The notes under the pieces: generated by a model
Seen by the model: only the letters and a program-made list of their open reading frames with translations
The model's database searches: none
Told to the model about the DNA's origin: nothing
Source of the DNA: Eledone cirrhosa
Lineage: Eukaryota
Reading direction: 5' to 3'
DNA: 64,000 nt
Assembly (NCBI GenBank): GCA_964016885.1
Contig: OZ024742.1
Location: 376,402,001-376,466,000 of the forward strand
Shown: piece after piece, positions 54,201 to 64,000 of the stretch
How positions within the stretch are numbered: position 1 is the first letter of the stretch
Layout of the letters: each line of letters opens with the position of its first letter
Translations under genes and position numbers: made by a program

Positions 54201-57200
54201 ATGTAACAGCAGTCTCTGTAACAATAGATATATAGTTAAAACTATCAACTCTCACAGATTGTTAGTTTTACAACAATACTATGTAACAGCAGTCTCTGTA
54301 ACAATAGATATATAGTTAAAACTATCAACTGTCACAGATTGATAGTTTTACAACAATACTATGTAACAGCAGTATTTGTAACAATAGATATATAGTTAGA
54401 ACTATCAACTCTCACAGATTGTTACTTTTACAACAATACTATGTAACAACAGACTCTGTAACAATAGATATATAGTTAGAACTATCAACTCTCACAGATT
54501 GTTAATTTTACAACAATACTATGTACCAGCAGTATCTGTAACAATAGATATACAGTTAAAACTATCACCTCTCACAGATTGTTAGTTTTACAACAATACT
54601 ATGTAACAGCAGTCTCTGTAACAATAGATATATAGTTAGAACTATCAACTCTCACAGATTGTTACTTTTACAACAATACTATGTAACAGCAGTCTCTGTA
54701 ACAATAGATATATAGTTAAAACTATCAACTCTCACAGATTGTTAGTTTTACAACAATACTATGTAACAACAGACTCTGTAACAATAGATATATAGTTAAA
54801 ACCATCAACTCTCACAGATTGTTACTTTTACAACAATACTATGTAACAGCAGTCTCTGTAACAATAGATATATAGTTAAAACCATCAACTCTCACAGATT
54901 GTTAGTTTTACAACAATACTATGTAACAGCAGTCTCTGTAACAATAGATATATAGTTAAAACCATCAACTCTCACAGATTGTTAGTTTTACAACAATACT
55001 ATGTAACAGCAGTCTCTGTAACAATAGATATATAGTTAAAACTATCAACTGCCACAGATTGTTAGTTTTACAACAATACTATGTAACAACATTCTCTGTA
55101 ATAATAGATATATATTTAAAACTATCAACTCTCACAGATTGTTAGTTTTACAACAATACTATGTAACAGCAGTCTCTGTAACAATAGATATATAGTTAAA
55201 ACTATCAACTGTCACAGATTGTTAGTTTTACAACAATACTATGTAACAGCAGTCTCTGTAACAATAGATATATAGTTAAAACTATCAACTGTCACAGATT
55301 GTTAGTTTTACAACAATACTATGTAACAACAGTCTCTGTAACAATAGATATGTAGTTAAAACTATCAACTCTAAACAGATTGTTAGTTTTACAACAATAC
55401 TATGTAACAGCAGTCTCTGTAACAATAGATATATAGTTAAAACCATCAACTCTCACAGATTGTTAGTTTTACAACAATACTATGTAGCAGCAGTCTCTGT
55501 AACAATAGATATATAGTTAAAACCATCAACTGTCACAGATTGATAGTTTTACAACAATACTATGTAACAGCAGTCTTTGTAACAATAGATATATAGTTAG
55601 AACTATCAACTCTCACAGACTGTTACTTTTACAACAATACTATGTAACAGCAGTCTCTGTAACAATAGATATATAGTTAGAACTATCAACTCTCACAGAT
55701 TGTTACTTTTACAACAATACTATGTAACAGCAGTCTCTGTAACAATAGATATATAGTTAGAACTATCAACTCTCACAGATTGTTACTTTTACAACAATAC
55801 TATGTAACAGCAGTCTCTGTAACAATAGATATATAGTTAGAACTATCAACTCTCACAGATTGTTAGTTTTACAACAATACTATGTAACAGCAGTCTCTGT
55901 AACAATAGATATATAGTTAAAACTATCAACTCTCACAGATTGTTAGTTTTACAACAATACTATGTAACAGCAGTCTCTGTAATAATAGATATATAGTTAG
56001 ACCTATCAACTCTCACAGATTGTTACTTTTACAACAATACTATGTAACAACTGACTCTGTAACAATAGATATATAGTTAAAACTATTAACTCTCACAGAT
56101 TGTTAGTTTTACAACAATACTATGTAACAGCAGTCTCTGTAACAATAGATATATAGTTAAAACCATCAACTCTCACAGATTGTTAGTTTTACAACAATAC
56201 TATGTAACAGCAGTCTCTGTAACAATAGATATATAGTTAAAACTATCAACTGCCACAGATTGTAAGTTTTACAACAATACTATGTAACAACATTCTCTGT
56301 AATAATAGATATATAGTTAAAACCATCAACTCTCACAGATTGTTAGTTTTACAACAATACTATGTAACAGCAGTCTCTGTAACAATAGATATATAGTTAA
56401 AACTATCAACTCTCAGAGATTGTTAGTTTTACAACAATAATATGTAACAGCAGTCTCTGTAACAATAGATATATAGTTAGAACTATCAACTCTCACAGAT
56501 TGTTACTTTTACAACAATACTATGTAACAGCAGTCTCTGTAACAATAGATATATAGTTAAAACTATCAACTCTCACAGATTGTTAGTTTTACAACAATAC
56601 TATGTAACAACAGACACTGTAACAATAGATATATAGTTAAAACCATCAACTCTTACAGATTGTTACTTTTACAACAATACTATGTAACAGCAGTCTCTGT
56701 AACAATAGATATATAGTTAAAACTATCAACTCTCACAGATTGTTAGTTTTACAACAATACTATGTAACAGCAGTCTCTGTAACAATAGATATATAGTTAA
56801 AACCATCAACTCTCACAGATTGTTAGTTTTACAACAATACTATGTAACAGCAGTCTCTGTAACAATAGATATATAGTTAAGAACTATCAACTGCCACAGA
56901 TTGTTAGTTTTACAACAATACTATGTAACAACATTCTCTGTAATAATAGATATATAGTTAAAACTATCAACTCTCACAGAGTGTTAGTTTTACAACAATA
57001 CTATGTAACAACAGTCTCTGTAACAATAGATATATAGTTAAAACTATCAACTCTAAAGAGATTGTTAGGTTTACAACAATACTATGTAACAGCAGTCTCT
57101 GTAACAATAGATATATAGTTAAAACTATCAACTCTCACCGATTGTTAGTTTTACAACAATACTATGTAACAGCAGTCTCTGTAACAATAGATATATAGTT

Positions 57201-57700
57201 AAAACCATCAACTCTCACAGATTGTTAGTTTTACAACAATACTATGTAACAGCAGTCTCTGTAACAATAGATATATAGTTAAAACTATCAACTGTCACAG
57301 ATTGTTAGTTTTACAACAATACTATGTAACAGCAGTCTCTGTAACAATAGATATATAGTTAAAACTATCAACTCTCAGAGATTGTTAGTTTTACAACAAT
57401 ACTATGTAACAACAGTCTCTGTAACAATAGATATATAGTTAAAACTATCAACTCTAAACAGATTGTTAGTTTTACAACAATACTATGTAACAGCAGTCTC
57501 TGTAACAATAGATATATAGTTAAAACTATCACTCTCACCGATTGTTAGTTTTACAACAATACTATGTAACAGCAGTCTCTGTAACAATAGATATATAGTT
57601 AAAACCATCAACCTCTCACAGATTGTTACTTTTACAACAATACTATGTAACAGCAGTCTCTGTAACAATAGATATATAGTTAAAACTATCAACTCTCACA
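51300..57700 (+). repeat. Higher-order duplication in satellite B, 3443-bp period (43 monomers)
   Basis: Private variant CAGACTGTTAC at 52177 and 55620, followed in the same order by TTAGACCTATC, CTATTAACT, TTGTAAGTT, GACACTGT, CAGAGTGTT and CTAAAGAG. 3443 = 43 x 80 + 3. Confidence 0.85.
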
Positions 57701-60700
57701 GATTGTTAGTTTTACAACAATACTATGTAACAGCAGTCTCTGTAACAATAGATATATAGTTAGAACTATCAACTCTCACAGATTGTTACTTTTACAACAA
57801 TACTATGTAACAGCAGTCTCTGTAACAATAGATATATAGTTAAAACTATCAACTCTCACAGATTGTTAGTTTTACAACAATACTATGTAACAGCAGTCTT
57901 TGTAACAATAGATATATAGTTTAAAACTATCAACTGCCACAGATTGTTAGTTTTACAACAATACTATGTAACAACAGACTCTGTAACAATAGATATATAG
58001 TTAAAACCATCAACTCTCACAGATTGTTACTTTTACAACAATACTATGTAACCAGCAGTCTATGTAACAATAGATATATAGTTAAAACCATCAACTCTCA
58101 CAGATTGTTAGTTTTTACAACAATACTATGTAACAGCAGTCTCTGTAACAATAGATATATAGTTAAAACCATCAACTCTCACAGATTGTTAGTTTTACAA
58201 CAATACTATGTAACAGCAGTCTCTGTAACAATAGATATATAGTTAAACTATCAACTGCCCACAGATTGTTAGTTTTACAACAATACTATGTAACAACATT
58301 CTCTGTAATAATAGATATATAGTTAAAACCTATCAACTCTCACAGATTGTTAGTTTTACAACCAATACTATGTAACAGCAGTCTCTGTAACAATAGATAT
58401 ATAGTTAAAAGTATCAACTGTCACAGATTGTTAGTTTTACAACAATACTATGTAACAGCAGTCTCTGTAACAATAGATATATAGTTTAAAACTATCAACT
58501 GTCACAGATTGTTAGTTTTACAACAATACTATGTAACAACAGTCTCTGTAACAATAGATATATAGTTAAAACCTATCAACTCTAAACAGATTGTTAGTTT
58601 TACAACAATACTATGTAACAGCAGTCTCTGTAACAATAGATATATAGTTAAAACTATCAACTCTCACAGATTGTTAGTTTTACAACAAATACTATGTAAC
58701 AGCAGTCTTTGTAACAATAGATATATAGTTAGAACTATCAACTCTCACAGATTGTTACTTTTACAACAATACTATGTAACAGCAGTCTCTGTAACAATAG
58801 ATATATAGTTAGAACTATCAACTCTCACAGATTGTTACTTTTACAACAATACTATGTAACAGCAGTCTCTGTAACAATAGATATATAGTTAGAACTATCA
58901 ACTCTCACAGATTGTTACTTTTTACAACAATACTATGTAACAACAGTCTCTGTAACAATAGATATATAGTTAAAACTATCAACTCTAAACAGATTGTTAG
59001 TTTTACAACAATACTATGTAACAGCAGTCTCTGTAACAATAGATATATAGTTAAAACTATCAACTCTCACCGATTGTTAGTTTTACAACAATACTATGTA
59101 ACAGCAGTCTCTGTAACAATAGATATATAGTTAAAAACTATTAACTCTCACAGATTGTAAGTTTTACAACAATACTATGTAACAACATTCTCTGTAATAA
59201 TAGATATATAGTTAAAACTATCAACTCTCACAGATTGTTAGTTTTACAACAATACTATGTAACAGCAGTTTCTGTAACATAGATATATAGTTAAAACTAT
59301 CAACTCTCAGAGATTGTTAGTTTTACAACAATACTATGTAACAACAGTCTCTGTAACAATAGATATATAGTTAAAACTATCAACTCTAAACAGATTGTTA
59401 GTTTTACAACAATACTATGTAACAGCAGTCTCTGTAACAATAGATATATAGTTAAAACTATCAACTCTCACCGATTGTTAGTTTTACAACAATACTATGT
59501 AACAGCAGTCTCTGTAACAATAGATATATAGTTAAAACCATCAACTCTCACAGATTGTTACTTTTACAACAATACTATGTAACAGCAGTCTCTGTAACAA
59601 TAGATATATAGTTAAAACTATCAACTCTCACAGATTGTTAGTTTTACAACAATACTATGTAACAGCAGTCTCTGTAAGAATAGATATATAGTTAGAACTA
59701 TCAACTCTCACAGATTGTTACTTTTACAACAATACTATGTAACAGCAGTCTCTGTAACATAGATATATAGTTAAAACTATCAACTCTCACAGATTGTTAG
59801 TTTTACAATAATACTATGTAACAACAGACTCTGTAACAATAGATATATAGTTAAAACCATCAACTCTCACAGATTGTTACTTTTACAACAATACTATGTA
59901 CCAGCAGTCTCTGTAACAATAGATATATAGTTAAAACTATCAACTCTCTCAGATTGTTAGTTTTACAACAATACTATGTAACAGCAGTCTCCGTAACAAT
60001 AGATATATAGTTAAAACTATCAACTCTCACAGATTGTTAGTTTTACCAACAATACTATGTAACAGCAGTCTCTGTAACAATAGATATATAGTTAAAACCA
60101 TCAACTCTCACAGATTGTTAGTTTTACAACAATACTATGTAACAGCAGTCTCTGTAACAATAGATATATAGTTTAAAACTATCAACTGCCACAGATTGTT
60201 AGTTTTACAACAATACTATGTAACAACATTCTCTGTAATAATAGATATATAGTTAAAACTATCAACTCTCACAAGATTGTTAGTTTTACAACAATACTAT
60301 GTAACAGCAGTCTCTGTAACAATAGATATATAGTTAGAACTATCAACTCTCACAGATTGTTAATTTTACAACAATACTATGTAACAACAGTCTCTGTAAC
60401 AATAGATATATAGTTAAAACTATCAACTCTCACAGATTGTTAGTTTTACAACAATACTATGTAACAACTGTCTCTGTAACAATAGATATATAGTTAAAAC
60501 TATCAACTCTCACAGATGTTAGTTTTACAAACAATACTATGTAACAGCAGTCTCTGTAACAATAGATATATAGTTAGAACTATCAACTCTCACAGATTGT
60601 TAGTTTTAACAACAATACTATGTAACAACAGTCTCTGTAACAATAGATATATAGTTAAAACTATCAACTCTCACAGATTGTTAGTTTTACAACAATACTA

Positions 60701-63700
60701 TGTAACAACAGTCTCTGTAACAATAGATATATAGTTAAAACTATCAACTCTCACAGATTGTTAGTTTTACAACAATACTATGTAACAGCAGTCTCTGTAA
60801 CAATAGATATATAGTTAGAACTATCACCTCTCACAGATTTTAGTTTTACAACAATACTATGTAACAGCAGTCTCTGTAACAATAGATAATATATAGTTAA
60901 AACTATCAACTCTAAACAGATTGTTAGTTTTACAACAATACTATGTAACAGCAGTCTCTGTAACAATAGATATATAGTTAAAACTGTCAACTCTCACCGA
61001 TTGTTAGTTTTACAACAATACTATGTAACAGCAGTCTCTGTAACAATAGATATATAGTTAAAACCATCAACTGTCACAGATTGATAGTTTTACAACAATA
61101 CTATGTAACAGCAGTCTTTGTAACAATAGATATATAGTTAAAACTATCAACTCTCACAGATTGTTACTTTTACAACAATACTATGTAACAACAGACTCTG
61201 TAACAATAGATATATAGTTAAAACTATCAACTCTCACAGATTGTTAGTTTTTACAACAATACTATGTAACAGCAGTCTCTGTAACAATAGATATATAGTT
61301 AAAACTATCAACTCTCACAGATTGTTACTTTTACAACAATACTATGTAACAGCAGTCTCTGTAACAATAGATATATAGTTAAAACTATCAACTCTCACAG
61401 ATTGTTACTTTTACAACAATACTATGTAACAGCAGTCTCTGTAACAATAGATATATAGTTAAAACTATCAAACTCTCACAGATTGTTAGTTTTACAACAA
61501 TACTATGTAACAGCAGTCTCTGTAACAATAGATATATAGTTAAAACTATCAACTGCCACAGATTGTTAGTTTTACAACAATACTATGTAACAACATTCTC
61601 TGTAATAATAGATATATAGTTAAAACTATCAACTCTCACAGATTGTTGACTTTTACAACAATACTATGTAACAGCAGTCTCTGTAACAATAGATATATAG
61701 TTAAAACTATCAACTCTCACAGATTGTTACTTTTACAACAATACTATGTAACAGCAGTCTCTGTAACAATAGATATATAGTTAAAACTATCAACTCTCAC
61801 AGATTGTTACTTTTACAACAATACTATGTAACAGCAGTCTCTGTAACAATAGATTATAGTTAAAACCATCAACTCTCACAGATTGTTACTTTTACCAACA
61901 ATACTATGTAACAGCAGTCTCTGTAACAATAGATATATAGTTAAAACCATCAACTCTCACAGATTGTTAGTTTTACAACAATACTATGTAACAGACAGTC
62001 TCTGTAACAATAGATATATAGTTAAAACCATCAACTCTCACAGATTGTCACTTTTACAACAATACTATGTAACAGCAGTCTCTGTAACAATAGATATATA
62101 GTTAAAACTATCAACTCTCACAGATTGTTAGTTTTACAACAATACTATGTAACAGCAGTCTCTGTAACAATAGATATATAGTTAGAACTATCAACTCTCA
62201 CAGATTGTTACTTTTACAACAATACTATGTAACAGCAGTCTCTGTAACAATAGATATATAGTTAAAACTATCAACTCTCACAGATTGTTAGTTTTACAAC
62301 AATACTATGAAACAACAGACTCTGTAACAATAGATATATAGTTAAAACCATCAACTCTCACAGATTGTTACTTTTACAACAATACTATGTACCAGAAGTC
62401 TCTGTAACAATAGATATATAGTTAAAACTATCAACTCTCACAGATTGTTAGTTTTACAACAATACTATGTAACAGCAGTCTCTGTAACAATAGATATATA
62501 GTTAAAACTATCAACTCTCACAGATTGTTAGTTTTACAACAATACTATGTAACAGCAGTCTCTGTAACAATAGATATATAGTTAAAACCATCAACTCTCA
62601 CAGATTGTTAGTTTTACAACAATACTATGTAACAGCAGTCTCTGTAACAATAGATATATAGTTAAAACTATCAACTGCCACAGATTGTTAGTTTTACAAC
62701 AATACTATGTAACAACATTCTCTGTAATAATAGATATATAGTTAAAACTATCAACTCTCACAGATTGTTAGTTTTACAAACAATACTATGTAACAGCAGT
62801 CTCTGTAACAATAGATATATAGTTAGAACTATCAACTCTCACAGATTGTTAGTTCTACAACAATACTATGTAACAACAGTCTCTGTAACAATAGATATAT
62901 AGTTAAAACTATCAACTCTCACAGATTGTTAGTTTTACAACAATACTATGTAACAACAGTCTCTGTAACAATAGATATATAGTTAAAACTATCAACTCTC
63001 ACAGATTGCTAGTTTTACAACAATACTATGTAACAGCAGTCTCTGTAACAATAGATATATAGTTAGAACTATCAACTCTCACAGATTGTTAGTTTTACAA
63101 CAATACTATGTAACAACAGTCTCTGTAACAATAGATATATAGTTAAAACTATCAACTCTCACAGATTGTTAGTTTTACAACAATACTATGTAACAACAGC
63201 CTCTGTAACAATAGATATATAGTTAAAACTATCAACTCTCACAGATTGTTAGTTTTACAACAATACTATGTAACAGCAGTCTCTGTAACAATAGATATAT
63301 AGTTAGAACTATCAACTCTCACAGATTTTTAGTTTTACAACAATACTATGTAACAGCAGTCTCTGTAACAATAGATAATATATAGTTAAAACTATCAACT
63401 CTAAACAGATTGTTAGTTTTACAAACAATACTATGTAACAGCAGTCTCTGTAACAATAGATATATAGTTAAAACTGTCAACTCTCACCGATTGTTAGTTT
63501 TACAACAATACTATGTAACAGCAGTCTCTGTAACAATAGATATATAGTTAAAACCATCAACTCTCACAGATTGTTACTTTTACAACAATACTATGTAACA
63601 TCAGTCACTGTAACAATAGATATATAGTTAAAACCATCAACTCTCACAGATTGTTAGGTTTACAACAATACTATGTAACAGCAGTCTCTGTAACAATAGA

Positions 63701-64000
63701 TATATAGTTTAAAACCATCAACTGTCACAGATTGATAGTTTTACAACAATACTATGTAACAGCAGTCTCTGTAACAATAGATATATAGTTAGAACTATCA
63801 ACTCTCACAGATTGTTACTTTTACAACAATACTATGTAACAACAGACTCTGTAACAATAGATATATAGTTAAAACTATCAACTTTCACAGATTGTTAGTT
63901 TTACAACAATACTATGTAACAGCAGTCTCCTGTAACAATAGATATATAGTTAAAACTATCAACTCTCACAGATTGTTACTTTTACAACAATACTATGTAA

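Larger units (their letters stand above)
44054..64000 (+). repeat. Satellite B: 80-bp tandem array (roughly 220 monomers, open at the right edge) interrupted by three RTE copies
   Basis: Monomer CAGATTGTTAGTTTTACAACAATACTATGTAACAGCAGTCTCTGTAACAATAGATATATAGTTAAAACTATCAACTCTCA, 23/80 GC, no CpG in the consensus. A recurrent 81-bp variant reads CTCTAAACAG. Confidence 0.99.

Noticed and set aside
57483-62101. Short ORFs in satellite B (…TILCNSSLCNNRYIVKTINSHRLL…)
   Set aside because: Satellite translations opened by single-base indels that are probably sequencing errors.
1-64000. CRISPR-like array interpretation of the regular repeats
   Set aside because: There are no unique spacers and no cas genes. 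Monomers are contiguous and the context (SINE, LINE, MITE) is eukaryotic.

Overview
Eukaryotic, gene-free satellite DNA. The interspersed repeats resemble octopus/coleoid cephalopod families as I remember them; this is inference, not a database result. The window has three parts. (1) 1-42170: a very homogeneous array of a 56-bp monomer (AGTGAAAATACAATAGTATAGAGTAATGTAAATGTTATGTGAGATAAAGCCTTTAC) with a 68-bp variant and kb-scale higher-order repeats. (2) About 42171-44065: a 1.9-kb island of nested transposon remnants (tandem tRNA-derived SINEs, a CORE-like SINE head joined to an RTE 3' end, and TTAA-flanked piggyBac-like MITE ends). (3) About 44054-64000: an array of an apparently unrelated 80-bp monomer carrying three 5'-truncated RTE LINE copies. 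I see no intact protein gene and no novel protein system. The main finding is that the island appears to preserve the single-copy progenitors of both flanking satellites. The 56/68-bp monomer matches the subterminal segment of a MITE terminal inverted repeat, and the array ends exactly in that terminus (GCTAAAGGG+TTAA). The 80-bp monomer has a shorter, roughly 65-bp degenerate form at 43398-43497, split at its TTAA by the MITE composite. Two apparently independent RTE insertions hit almost the same position of the 80-bp monomer, and one was then copied by array duplication.
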